Below are positions 32,018 to 43,200 of a DNA stretch of 64,000 nucleotides, one piece after another (the stretch's first letter is position 1; each line of letters starts with the position of its first letter). The stretch covers positions 832,001 to 896,000 of the forward strand of contig CAWIIQ010000001.1 in the NCBI GenBank assembly GCA_963836185.1. The letters are read 5' to 3'. The position numbers were made by a program, and so were the translations under genes. The notes beneath the pieces are model-generated. The model had not been told where the DNA came from. It saw nothing but the letters and a program-made list of their open reading frames with translations, and made no database searches. This DNA comes from Candidatus Krumholzibacteriia bacterium (lineage in GTDB: Bacteria; Krumholzibacteriota; Krumholzibacteriia; Krumholzibacteriales; Krumholzibacteriaceae).

Positions 32018-32101
32018 GGGACGGCATAAATTGCTATTGCCGGGTCGAAAAAGTATTATTCCCGTATAAGATTGTAATGTGAACCCAAGGAGGAAAACGG
32101 A

Positions 32102-33277
32102 GTGATAAGGGAGAAGATCGAGCAGGCGCAGAATATCATCGGTGAAGTAGATGCGGACCTCTGGCTCACCTTCGTCAGGGAGAGCGAGGCGGCTGGAGAT
32201 CCCGTCCTCGATTTGATCCTCGGTGCAGGCTGTACCTGGCACTCGGCCTTTATTATACCAGCGGCAGGAAATCCTGTCGCGATAGTTGGAAGCCTCGATG
32301 AAGCGAGGATCGGGGAGACCGGAGCATATGAGGTTATTGGGTACAAGGAGGGTATCGGCAGCGTTCTCATCGAGCAGCTCGACAAGTTCTCTCCGACGAA
32401 GATAGCGGTCAACTTCTCTGAAAACGACGTTATGGCCGACGGGCTCAGCCACGGGATGTACCTGACCCTCGTGAAATACCTCAAGGGCACAAAGTACGCA
32501 GACTCGCTGGTAAGTTCGGAGGGTATAATATCAAAGCTCAGGGGCAGGAAGACTCCCGAAGAGATAAGAAGGATCAAGGTCAATATAGATCTCACACTCG
32601 ATATCTTCTCGAGGGTAACGGAGTTCATAAGGCCCCGGATGACCGAAAAAGAAGTGGCGGCATTCATTCTCGGCGAGGTCGAGAAGGAAGGGGTCGAGAC
32701 ATCGTGGGAGAGCTCCCAGTGCCCCGCTGTATTCACCGGGCCGGAGTCGGCAGGCGCCCACGCTAAGCCTACCGACAGGGTGATAGAAAAGGGGCACGTG
32801 CTGAATATCGACTTCGGGACCAGGATGCTCGATTACTGCTCTGACCTTCAGAGAACCTGGTACTTCCTCAGGGAGGGGGAGGAGGACGCGCCCGAAGAGG
32901 TCAAGAATGCTTTCTACGTCATCAGGGATTCGATAGCCCTGGCCGCTGAGAAGATCCGTCCGGGTATGGAGGGAAGAGAGATCGACTCCTTGTCGAGGGA
33001 CTATATAACGGGGAAGGGTTACGAGGAGTATCCTCATGCACTGGGACACCAGGTCGGACGGAGCACCCATGATGGAGCGGGGCTTTTATGTCCGGAATGG
33101 GAGAGATACGGTAACCTGCCATACCTCAAGATAGAGGAAAACCAGGTATATACGCTCGAACCAAGGATAATCATGCCGAACTACGGCGTAGCGACTATCG
33201 AAGAGATAATCGTTGTCAGAAAAGACGGCGGCGAGTTTCTTTCTGACCCGCAGCAGGAGCTCATACTCGTCAAATAG
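32102..33277 (+). CDS. Xaa-Pro aminopeptidase (M24 family)
   Basis: KTPEEI, IDFG..YCSDLQRT, HALGHQVG..HD, TLEP, IEE. Confidence 0.92.
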   Translation: MIREKIEQAQNIIGEVDADLWLTFVRESEAAGDPVLDLILGAGCTWHSAFIIPAAGNPVAIVGSLDEARIGETGAYEVIGYKEGIGSVLIEQLDKFSPTKIAVNFSENDVMADGLSHGMYLTLVKYLKGTKYADSLVSSEGIISKLRGRKTPEEIRRIKVNIDLTLDIFSRVTEFIRPRMTEKEVAAFILGEVEKEGVETSWESSQCPAVFTGPESAGAHAKPTDRVIEKGHVLNIDFGTRMLDYCSDLQRTWYFLREGEEDAPEEVKNAFYVIRDSIALAAEKIRPGMEGREIDSLSRDYITGKGYEEYPHALGHQVGRSTHDGAGLLCPEWERYGNLPYLKIEENQVYTLEPRIIMPNYGVATIEEIIVVRKDGGEFLSDPQQELILVK

Positions 33278-33325
33278 ATGGGCCATGGGCGCAGCGGGTA
33301 TCGTTCTTGCTGATATTGTGTGTTT

Positions 33326-34792
33326 ATGAAGGATTTTAACAGAGAATACGCGCCCAGGCGGAGGGATCCAGGATTTGTCCAGAAGCATATCTCCAAGGTC
33401 TGGGCCTTCGCTGTAACCGCGGGTGTCGGACTTATAGCGGGTACGCAGATCTATAACCCGAACAAGAGGGTCATCGAGGCGATGGCGGGAGGATTCCTGA
33501 TCCTGCTGCTCTGGAAATTCTCGACCATTTCCGCACTGTGGCTGCTTCTCGTTATGTATCCCTTCCCCTTCGCTATGTCATGGGGAACCTCCAATGAGAT
33601 ATTTGTAGTGATAATCGGTATGGTCGTGTTGATCAGGGTGGCTACGGGAGTGTACAAGATCACCCTCGATCCAATGATCAGGTTGCCACTGATACTGTTT
33701 ATCGTCTCATACATACTTTCTTTCAAGAACGTTCCACCTGGTCTGACCAAGATGGCAATAGTGAACACAGTCAATTTATTCACAGCCGCGACATTCATGG
33801 TCCTGATTATCAATTTCGTGGATGACGAGGAAAAGCTGAGAAAGACACTGAATTTTCTGATGGTATCCGTAGCTCTTTTCATCGTTTTCACGATATTCGA
33901 GCTGCTATTTCCGGGAAAGGTCCTTATTCCCAACTGGCTGTATACCGCGCACAAGACGAAACTGGTAATGAAAGGTATGAGGATGGGAGGGCCCTTTCAC
34001 GACTATGAGTTGACGGCAGAGTTCTTTACGCTCAATGCTTTTATCATCTTCCTGATGTTTGTCAGGTCCAGACGGATGCTTTCCCGTGCGCTTTTTGGAG
34101 CTCTGCTGCTGATCGATCTCTTCATGATGTTCACTACGATCACAAGGGGCGCGATCTTCTCCCTTTTTGTCGGCACGGTTTACCTGATGTTCCTCTCTAG
34201 AAAAGAACTGAACATCGTTCGGATCACATATATAGTAGGTGCATTGGCTCTCATTCTCGTAGTGATGGAGGGGGTCGTCGCAAGGTACACGACATCCGGT
34301 TCACTCTTTGAAAGGGTTATCGCCACAACATTTGAAAAAGGGGTCGTCCCTGCCAACCGCGTGGGGACCTGGTTTCCCGCGATCGAGAGGGGGATGGAGA
34401 ATCCCATATTCGGACATGGAGCCGGGTGGGATTTTCAAGAGGGATTGACCAAGGGCTTCTGGCCGCACAGCCTCTACCTCTTTTTCTTCAATGTCGTCGG
34501 CCTGTTCGGACTCGGGGCATTCATCTTTTTTATAGCCAGGATAATCAAATCGACTCTTGTCGGGGTGAAGGCCTCTCTTGCTACGTCTCCACTTCCCGAG
34601 GCCCTGATGAAGATGCTCCATGTGATCATCATCATATTCCTCTTCGACCAGATAAAGATCGAGTATGTCAGAAACAGCAACTACTCGTATTACGTCTGGT
34701 TTCTTTTCGGTCTGGTAATAGCTACGTACAATATCATCATCAAGCAGAGGACCGAGCGGGAAAAGACCGTTCCTTCGCGTTTACCTGAATAG
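33326..34792 (+). CDS. O-antigen ligase/Wzy polymerase family membrane protein
   Basis: TITRGA, R...W...NPIFGHG, PHSLYL..GLFG; multi-TM. Confidence 0.85.
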   Translation: MKDFNREYAPRRRDPGFVQKHISKVWAFAVTAGVGLIAGTQIYNPNKRVIEAMAGGFLILLLWKFSTISALWLLLVMYPFPFAMSWGTSNEIFVVIIGMVVLIRVATGVYKITLDPMIRLPLILFIVSYILSFKNVPPGLTKMAIVNTVNLFTAATFMVLIINFVDDEEKLRKTLNFLMVSVALFIVFTIFELLFPGKVLIPNWLYTAHKTKLVMKGMRMGGPFHDYELTAEFFTLNAFIIFLMFVRSRRMLSRALFGALLLIDLFMMFTTITRGAIFSLFVGTVYLMFLSRKELNIVRITYIVGALALILVVMEGVVARYTTSGSLFERVIATTFEKGVVPANRVGTWFPAIERGMENPIFGHGAGWDFQEGLTKGFWPHSLYLFFFNVVGLFGLGAFIFFIARIIKSTLVGVKASLATSPLPEALMKMLHVIIIIFLFDQIKIEYVRNSNYSYYVWFLFGLVIATYNIIIKQRTEREKTVPSRLPE

Positions 34793-34809
34793 CTGATTAG
34801 ACCGGATAT

Positions 34810-36108
34810 TTACTTATAGGGAATATTGATGTAGCCGATATGATTTTGAACAACAATCGCCGTGTTGAACCCCACACTTTTTATTTGCAAATCGTGAAGA
34901 AGGGAATCTGCTCGAACTCCACTTAGCGCTTCTGGCTGAAAAAGTTCCGGCCCACGTCCTGAAACGGGATGAATAAGAACACCACGAATACGTTTCTGGT
35001 CGATGACGATTTCAGCTAGATAGTTATCAGACCAATGGTTGGTGCTGAACCCGAAAATAAGATTACCAAGCGAATATAGAACAGGTCTTCCCTTGTAGAT
35101 CTCAATGCCATGAGGAATGTGAGGGTGATGTCCGATTATGGCATCAGCACCAGCATCAATCAATAAATGAGCAATCTCTATCTGTCTGGGGTGGATATTT
35201 GGTTGATCCTCAAATCCCCAGTGTAAAGAAACGAAAACAAAATCCGACTTTTCTTTGGCCACTTTTATATCTTCTACGATCAGTTGAGGATCCAAGGGAA
35301 GAATTCCCGGATACTCGGCTGCCACTGAAATAAATTTTTTATTACAAAAATTTGTATAGCCCAAAAACCCGATTTTCAAGCCCTTGATTTCAATGTGCTC
35401 GCCCGATCTAGCGTCCTTGAAATTCTTTCCGCCCCCTGTATACGGGATGCCGACAGCTTCGAGATGATTCAGTGTGTCTGAAAATCCAATATCTCCAGCA
35501 TCAAAGACATGATTATTGGCCAAAGTTACAATTGAAATCCCCGCATCCTTTAAAGCCTGGGCATAACGAGGGTCGCAGATGAAATGTCCCTGAACTCGAG
35601 AATGGTTGCTGAGTGGAGTTTCCAGATTTATCAGTACCAGGTCTTTTTCCTTAAACAAGGGGGCAATCTTTTCGAAAGGGTAAGCGAATTTCGTTGAGTC
35701 AGAAGAATAATCAATGTTGAAAGGGATAAGTGGGTGATTCGCGCCTAGTAACCTTTGTCTTTTGCTTTCAGGCCTTCTTACGCTTAGATCTGTATAAGAG
35801 TTATAAGACCTGGATGATAAATATTTGGGCGAAAAAAAATACTTACACAAGGTCTTTAACATTTTTCGTTTAATGCCCTGGAGCAACAGATTAGCTCTGG
35901 CAGTTGAACGATATACACCACCAATCGGGACGCGGAGCTCATGGTCAAAGGTGACATCACCCCCGACGAGGATTCTGAGAGCGGAGCCTGAAGTGGAGAA
36001 TATCTGTCCTTTTGGTTCTATGCGCTTCCAGGCCAATCTTTGAATAGTCTTGAACCTGGAGTATGTACCCCATTTCAGGAAGCGAGTTGAAAACTTCTCT
36101 GATTTCAT
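34810..36108 (-). CDS. CapA/PGA_cap family protein, AT-richer than its neighbours
   Basis: GGDV, NLETP, LANNHVFD, LHWGFE, GHHPH, YSLGN; visibly lower GC. Confidence 0.88.
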   Translation of the reverse strand: MKSEKFSTRFLKWGTYSRFKTIQRLAWKRIEPKGQIFSTSGSALRILVGGDVTFDHELRVPIGGVYRSTARANLLLQGIKRKMLKTLCKYFFSPKYLSSRSYNSYTDLSVRRPESKRQRLLGANHPLIPFNIDYSSDSTKFAYPFEKIAPLFKEKDLVLINLETPLSNHSRVQGHFICDPRYAQALKDAGISIVTLANNHVFDAGDIGFSDTLNHLEAVGIPYTGGGKNFKDARSGEHIEIKGLKIGFLGYTNFCNKKFISVAAEYPGILPLDPQLIVEDIKVAKEKSDFVFVSLHWGFEDQPNIHPRQIEIAHLLIDAGADAIIGHHPHIPHGIEIYKGRPVLYSLGNLIFGFSTNHWSDNYLAEIVIDQKRIRGVLIHPVSGRGPELFQPEALSGVRADSLLHDLQIKSVGFNTAIVVQNHIGYINIPYK

Positions 36109-36348
36109 TGGTTTCTCTTGAGGATCATGCTGGAGCAGGTCACACCAAGCCCCAGAAAATGAATAAAGAATGCATCTATCGCGTCAGGTGCCGTATTAAC
36201 GGAAATCAACCCACCATTTAGAAGATATCCATTGATCTTGACTGAGATAATTTACTGTAAATTCATCATATTGTCAATCATGCAGAAGTTCTTTGCCGAA
36301 GTCTTCACCGGCATGAGCCGATGTGTTGCGAGAGACTTTGCACTGAAT

Positions 36349-36420
36349 TTGCCTATTCCGGTGATTTCAGCCACCCGTTCCGATCTGAAGCCGGACACTT
36401 CTGATCGGAGCGTGACGATC
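36349..36420. mobile_element. Possible IS21-family terminal remnant (no transposase)
   Basis: TGCCTATTCCGGTGATTTCAGCCACCCGTTCCGATCTGAAGCCGGACAC..GATCGGAGCG resembles IS21 ends with tandem TTCCG..CAC subrepeats; recognised from memory, not aligned. Confidence 0.4.
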
Positions 36421-36448
36421 ATGTCCACTGGAGCGAGGATATACGGGG

Positions 36449-36571
36449 TTGGAGAATCATATTACTACCTTCATCCTTATCCCGCTGGGCATGGTGCTCG
36501 GGATTGCTTATAACCTGCTCATCGGGCTGGTTCTTCTGCAGTATACGACGGAGGAGGTCAGCTACGTCTGA
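36449..36571 (+). CDS. Small hydrophobic ORF or 3' remnant of a truncated membrane-protein gene
   Basis: TTG-ENHITTFILIPLGMVLGIAYNLLIGLVLLQYTTEEVSYV-stop, followed by a terminator. Confidence 0.35.
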   Translation: MENHITTFILIPLGMVLGIAYNLLIGLVLLQYTTEEVSYV

Positions 36572-36619
36572 TAGCCGGGACGCATATTGTCGTTAACATG
36601 ATTATTTATATATAGATAG

Positions 36620-36653
36620 AGCGCTCTTGCTATGCCGGCAGGAGCGCTTTTTC
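36620..36653 (+). terminator. Intrinsic terminator
   Basis: AGCGCTCTTGC / GCAGGAGCGCT stem followed by a T run. Confidence 0.65.
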
Positions 36654-36682
36654 TGTCCGCTTTTCAGATATACCGAATTTAT

Positions 36683-36711
36683 TTGACAAGAGCGGCCGAG
36701 GCGTATATTGT
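36683..36711 (+). promoter_or_regulatory. sigma70-type promoter for the redox locus
   Basis: TTGACA-17 nt-TATTGT. Confidence 0.65.
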
Positions 36712-36800
36712 TCAACGGGATGTGGGGTTGCGGGGCCCGGGAAAAGCGCGGTATTTTCACCGCATTTAATGAAAAATCTTCGATTTTGGAGGAGGGACTC

Positions 36801-37790
36801 GTGAAGGGACGCGTACTTATCATCGACGACGAGGCTGAAATCCGGCGTAATCTCACTGTCGGACTTACCCAGGAAGGCTATAGCGCTGTTGCGTGCCCGG
36901 ACGGGATCTCCGCCATACATGAGCTCAATGCCGCCAAGGATGAGGGCATAGAATACGATTACCTGGTCACCGATATCTTCATGCCCGACATCGACGGCCT
37001 GAAGATCCTCAAGGTGATCAAGATCCAGCATCCCGATCTTCCCGTACTGGTCATAACCGGATTCGGCGACGAGCATCTCAAGCTCACCGCTCTTTCCGAG
37101 CACAACACCGGCTACCTCGACAAGCCTTTCGAGATCCCCGACCTGGTCAAGTCGCTCGAGGAGCTCGCACCCGGTACGACCGGAGAGGTCGCCTCCGCTG
37201 ATGATTCCGGCGATGTAAGCATCAGGGAATCGGTAAGTGCCTATATCACGATCAGGATCACCGACATGGACAGGTCGATGGAGATATATAACGAGCTGTA
37301 CCAGATGCCCGGAGTTCAGAGGTGCGAGGCAGTACGCGGCGACTTCGACATCATCGTCCTGGCGCAGGCCGGATCGCAGGCCGAGATCAAGGAGATCTTC
37401 GAGAAGATAGCGGCGATGGACGGGGTCGAGATCGCTTCCGAGTCTGAGATCGAGCGTCCGAAACTCGACCGCGACGTCGACGAGTTCATCAAGATCTACT
37501 CGAGCGCCGTAAAGGCCCAGGGGCAGACAACGGCGGCGAAACGTCCTGGGACGACGAGCTATATCATAGTCGATATCGACAAGAACGCGATGCAGCAGAT
37601 CTTCACCACCGTCTTCTTCATCGACGAGGTGATCTTCTGCGATGTCATCGAGGACGGGACGAAGCTAGTCGGTATGGTCACCGGCCAGGGCGCCGTAGGC
37701 CGTACACCGAGGATCATCGAGAAGCTCAACGAGATCGACGGGGTGCTCAGGGTCCGCGAAGCTACCGTCATAAAGCTGGTCGAGGAGTGA
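36801..37790 (+). CDS. Response regulator: REC domain plus two Lrp/AsnC-like ligand-binding domains, no obvious HTH
   Basis: VLIIDDE, VTDIFMPDIDG, ITGFG, KPF, then EAVRGDFDIIV-type repeats; GTG start after GGAGGAG. Confidence 0.8.
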   Translation: MKGRVLIIDDEAEIRRNLTVGLTQEGYSAVACPDGISAIHELNAAKDEGIEYDYLVTDIFMPDIDGLKILKVIKIQHPDLPVLVITGFGDEHLKLTALSEHNTGYLDKPFEIPDLVKSLEELAPGTTGEVASADDSGDVSIRESVSAYITIRITDMDRSMEIYNELYQMPGVQRCEAVRGDFDIIVLAQAGSQAEIKEIFEKIAAMDGVEIASESEIERPKLDRDVDEFIKIYSSAVKAQGQTTAAKRPGTTSYIIVDIDKNAMQQIFTTVFFIDEVIFCDVIEDGTKLVGMVTGQGAVGRTPRIIEKLNEIDGVLRVREATVIKLVEE

Positions 37791-37945
37791 TCCCGCTTAA
37801 CGCGGAGTAATCGACCCGGTCAGAGTCAATATAGATCATTAATCGGAGGCTGTCTCCTTCCTGTAAGGGGCAGCCGTCGCCTTCACTGTCCCAGTCCGCC
37901 GGCGCGGAGTGCGCCGGGAGAAGGGAGAGAGGTGATCACGACCGC

Positions 37946-38464
37946 ATGGAAGACAACTTCAGTTATCGTCTCTGGCGGTACGACGGCGCGCCGGGAGAAT
38001 TGATTCCGCTTCTCCAATCGGCACAGGATCATTTCGGATACATTCCGCGCAGAGCGATCAGCTACATCTCAGGCGTGACAGGTATTCCCGAATCAGAAAT
38101 CTACGGAGTAATCACTTTCTACAGCCAGTTCCGGCTGCAGCCCATGGGCAAGTATGTCATCAGGGCCTGCGCGGGGACTGCGTGTCATGTCTCGGGAGCG
38201 AAGACGATCATCGAGACGATTGAGGACGAGCTCGGTATCGAGGTCGGCGACACGTCGGAGGATGGACTCTTCACCTTCCAGACCGTAGCCTGCATCGGAT
38301 GCTGTTCGCTGGCACCCGTGATCATGATCAACGATGATACGCACGGCAGGCTTACGCCTGCATCACTGCGAAAACTTCTGAGAAAGACCAAGAGAGATGA
38401 GCAGAGGGCGGCCACAGTCGAGGCCGAGATCGGTTGCGTCGACACGGCCCAGGGGGATGCGTAA
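37946..38464 (+). CDS. nuoE: NuoE/HydC-like [2Fe-2S] subunit (StnA-like)
   Basis: LIPLLQ..Q..FGY, TFYSQF, CAGTACHV, VACIGCCSLAPV. Confidence 0.92.
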   Translation: MEDNFSYRLWRYDGAPGELIPLLQSAQDHFGYIPRRAISYISGVTGIPESEIYGVITFYSQFRLQPMGKYVIRACAGTACHVSGAKTIIETIEDELGIEVGDTSEDGLFTFQTVACIGCCSLAPVIMINDDTHGRLTPASLRKLLRKTKRDEQRAATVEAEIGCVDTAQGDA

Positions 38465-40243
38465 TGACGAAAGTAATCGTGGGAATGGGCACATGCGGCC
38501 TCTCTGCCGGCGCCAGGCAGGTGTACGAGAAGCTCGAGGCCATTCTCGAGGAGAACCCGGGAACCTTCGAGCTTTCGGGCACAGGCTGCATCGGGATGTG
38601 CTATCGGGAGCCGCTCGTCGAGATCCGTTCAGGCGGAGAGAGGACTATATACGGCGACGTCACCGAAAAACTCGTCGAGGAGATATTCGAGGGCCACATC
38701 AAGGGCGGCAAGGTGCTTGACCGATCATGTCGCGCTCGGCGTCGAGGACGGGAAGATCGGCTCGGGGGGCGAGATCGAGTTCCAGGGCCAGCAGGAGAAG
38801 ATCGTGCTGCGCAACTGCGGAACGATAGATCCCGAATCGATCGACGAGTACGAAAAGGCCGGCGGTTACGCGGGGCTGAAGAAGGCGCTGCTCGAGATGA
38901 CTCCCGGCGGGATCATCGACGAGATCAAGGAATCGGGCCTGAGGGGCCGCGGAGGCGCGGGTTTCCCGACGGGGCTGAAGTGGTCGTTCGCGGCCGGCTA
39001 CGAGGCCGACCGGAAATACGTCGTCTGCAACGCCGATGAAGGCGATCCGGGCGCGTTCATGGACCGCTCGGTGCTCGAGGGCGATCCGCACGCCATCCTC
39101 GAGGGCATGGTCATCTGCGGCAGGGCGATCGGCGCCTCATTCGGCTACATCTACTGCCGTGCCGAGTATCCCCTGGCGATCCACCGTCTCACGATCGCGA
39201 TCGACGAGGCGAAGGAGAAGGGTTATCTCGGCGAAGACATTCTCGGCTCCGGCTTCGACATTCGATATCAAGATAAAGCAGGGCGCCGGCGCGTTCGTCT
39301 GCGGCGAGGAGACAGCGCTCTTCGCGTCGATCGAGGGACAGCGCGGGATGCCGCGGATCAGGCCTCCCTTCCCGGCCGAGAAGGGGCTGTGGGGCAAGCC
39401 GACGAACAACAATAACGTTGAGACCTACGCCAACGTTCCCTGGATCATCGTAAACGGCGCCGGCGCCTACGCGGCGTTCGGCAGCGAGAAGAGCAAGGGT
39501 ACGAAGGTATTCGCACTGGCCGGCAAGGTCGGCCCGGGCGGACTGGCCGAGGTGCCGATGGGAACCTCGATCAACGATCTCGTCTTCAAGATCGGCGGCG
39601 GGATCAAGGATGGCCGCAAGTTCAAGGCCGTTCAGATGGGCGGCCCTTCGGGCGGATGCATTCCCGCCGACCTGGGCGATACCCCGGTCGACTTCGAGTC
39701 GATTCCCACGACCGGCGCGATCATGGGCTCGGGCGGAATGGTCGTTCTCGACGATACGACATGCATGGTCGAGATGGCGCGGTTCTTCCTCGAGTTTACG
39801 CAGAACGAGTCGTGCGGCAAGTGCACCTTCTGCCGTGTCGGGACGCTGCGGATGCTCGAGATCCTCACCCGCATCACCAAGGGCGAGGGAGAGCCGGAAG
39901 ATATCGAGAATCTCATCGAGCTGGGCGAGAGATCAAGGAGGCGAGTCTCTGCGGGCTCGGCCAGACGGCGCCCAACCCCGTCCTTACCACGATCCGGTAC
40001 TACCGTGATGAGTACGAGGCCCACATAAACGACAAACGTTGCCCGGCAGCCTCATGCGAGGCGCTGGTCGATTTTAATATCGATCCGGAGAAGTGCACCG
40101 GCTGTACGCTCTGCGCGAAGAACTGCCCGGTCGACGCCATCTCCGGCGAAGTCAAAAAAGTACATGTGATCGACAACTCAATCTGCGTCAGGTGCGGCAA
40201 ATGCATCACGAGCTGCAGCTTTGACGCGGTCTACAAGAGTTGA
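38464..40243 (+). CDS. nuoF: NuoF/HydB-like FMN/NADH-binding bifurcating subunit (StnB-like); frameshifted as sequenced
   Basis: N-terminal [65 protein letters not shown], two C-terminal CxxCxxCxxxC; indels near 38716, 39258 and 39928. Confidence 0.9.
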
Positions 40244-40254
40244 GGAGCGAGTAC

Positions 40255-43200
40255 ATGGACAAGATCAAACTGACGATCAATGGAAAGCAGATTGAAGCAA
40301 CGGAGGGGCAGACGATCCTCGAGGTCGTGAGGGAACAGGATCTCGACAAGATTCCGACCCTGTGCCACTCTCCCGAACTTCCGCCGTACGGATCGTGCTT
40401 CGTCTGCGTAGTCGAGGTAAAGGGAAGATGGAACCTCGTTCCCTCGTGCGCGACCAGGGTCACCGAGGGGATGGAAGTCGCGACCCGTAACGAGAGGATC
40501 GAGAAGTCCCGAAAGACCGCTCTCGAGCTTCTCTTGTCGAACCACTACGCCGACTGCGTATCGCCCTGCATGGAAGGGTGCCCCGCGGGGGTCGATGCCC
40601 AGGGATACATCGCCCTCTCGGCGATGGGACAGTACCGCAAGGCGATCGACCTGATCCGTGAGACGAATCCTCTTCCCGCCATCTGCGGCAGGGTCTGCGT
40701 CCGCAAGTGCGAGATGGTCTGCCGGCGCGAGGATGTCGACGAACCTGTCGGCATCAACGCGATCAAGAGATTCCTCAGCGATGTGCCGGACGCCTACGAC
40801 GGAGATGTCGAGTGTGCGCCTTCGACTGGCAAGACTGTCGGACTGATCGGCGCGGGGCCCGCAGGCCTTACGGCGGCCTGGTTCCTCGGCAGGGCGGGCC
40901 ATAAGCCCGTCATGTACGAGGCGATGGAACGCTCCGGCGGGATGCTGAGGTACGGGATACCGACCTACAGGCTCCCCGATGATGTGATCGACCAGGAAGT
41001 CGACCACATCTGCAAGACCGGAGCGGAGATACAGTACAACGTACGTGTCGGCAAGGATATCACGCTCGACGAGCTGCGGAAGAAGCACGACGCCGTATTC
41101 CTCGGCGCGGGCGCCTGGACGGGCAAGCCGATGAGGGTCGAGGGTGAGTTCGATACGGAGGGCGTGCTGACCGGGGCCGATTTCCTTCCCGTGATGAACG
41201 TGACGCCCGAGCCGCTGACCGGCACGGTCGTCGTGGTCGGCGGAGGGAACACGGCGATGGATGTCGCAAGGACCGCGTGGAGACTCGGCGCCGACAAGGT
41301 CATCGTCCTGTACCGCCGGACGAAGGACGAGATGCCCGCCGACAAGATGGAGATAGAGGAGTGCCTCGAAGAGGGCATAGAGATAATGGAGCTTGCCGCT
41401 CCCGTCGGTATCGTGGCGGAGAACGGGAAGCTCAAGGCGATCACGCTGCCAGCGGATGAAGCTCGGCGAGCCTGACGATTCGGGCCGGCGCCGTCCCGTT
41501 CCGCTGGAAGGATCGGAGTACGATCTGCCCTGCCAGATGGCGATCTCGGCGATCGGCCAGGACACCGTTCTCGACGGGCTTACCGGAGTGGACGGAGATG
41601 AGGTCGAGCTCACGCGCTGGAAGACATATGTGGTCGACCTGGCGACGATGAAGACAAACATACCGGGCGTCTTCGCCGGCGGCGACGCCGCCGACGACGG
41701 CCCGACAGTAGTGATAGACGCTATCCGGGACGGCCAGAGGGCGGGCAAGGCGATAGACCGCTTCCTCAGGGGCGAAGAGAAGCCCGATGAGCCGTTTGTC
41801 GTGCGCAAGGAATTCTGGGCGAAGCCGGGAAAGACCGAGCTCGGCGAGATCAAGGAGAGCCCGAGACACGAAGTGCACTTTATCGATGTCGAGGAGCGGC
41901 GCGGCAGCTTCGAGGAAGTGGCGACCGGTTTCGAGTTCGAGGACAATATCCACGAATGCGACCGCTGCCTATCGTGCGGATGCGTGCGGTTCTACGACTG
42001 CGACCTCAGGCTGCAGGCCGAGGAATACGGCGTCGACATGGAAAAATACAAGGGGTACGCCCGTAAGCACAAGGTCGACGAGCGCCATCCCTACATAATC
42101 TACGATCCGAACAAGTGCATCCTCTGTGCGAGATGCGTGAGGACATGCGAACGTGTCCTGCCGATCTCGGCTCTCGGACTTGTCGGACGGGGGTTCAGGA
42201 CCGAGATGCGTCCCGCGATGAACGATCCGCTCGTAGAGACGAGTTGCGTGAGCTGCGGGAACTGCGTCGATGCATGTCCGACCGGCGCGCTGACGGTCAA
42301 GTACCCGTTCCCCGGAAGGGCCGCTCTCTACGACGAGGTCGTCGAGACCAGTTGCGCCTTCTGCTCGCTCGCGTGTGCTATGAACGTGAGGAAGTTCGGA
42401 GAGGACAGGTACTTCACTACGACTCCGGACGGAAAAGGGGAGTACCTCTGCCGCTACGGACGGTTCGGCCAGGAGCTCTTTATCAGGCACAAGCGGATAG
42501 CCACTCCCATGATACGCAGTGGAAACAAACGTTCAGCGACCGACATGTGCGGCGCGCAGCAGGAGGCAGTCTCGGGACTCCTCTCGATAGCGGGCAAGTA
42601 CGGCGCTGACAAGGTCGGCGTATTCGTATCCCCCGAGCTTACGAACGAAGAGATGTTCCTCGCCGCGAGGATAGCGCGCGAAGCACTGGGAACGAACAAC
42701 ATCGCTTCTCTCTCGATGCTCGGCACGGGGAGCGAGGCTTCCGTACTCGACGGAATCCTCGGATTTACCGCATCGACGGACGACAGGTCCTGTCTCGCCT
42801 ATGCCGACCTGATCATATGCAACAATACATCTCTCGAGTCGGATCACCTGATCCTTGCGGTCGACGTGATCGAGGCGGTCAAGAACGGGGCGAAGTTCAT
42901 CGTCTCGAACTCGACGCTCGATATGACCGACCAGCACCTCGCCAGCATGGCGATGGATCCGATGAGGGGTCAGGCCGCTATCCTGTGGAGCGGGATATCG
43001 AAGGCCCTGGTCGACAGCGGTGCCGTCAAGGCGGACAAGGAATTCTCCGCTTCGATCGCTGCGACCGCCGGAGCGGCCGCAGCGGTGAGCGGTGTGGAAG
43101 ATGAGAAGATAAAGGAAGCGGCAGAGATGATCGCCGCCGCGAAGAAGATAGTGATAATCCACAGCCCCGATCGCAGGCAGGACCAGTCGGCGGGAGATAT

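Noticed and set aside
38700-41475. Programmed ribosomal frameshifting in the NuoF-like and large subunits
   Set aside because: No slippery heptamers, the shifts fall inside conserved domains, and the same indel pattern occurs in unrelated genes, so sequencing error is more parsimonious.
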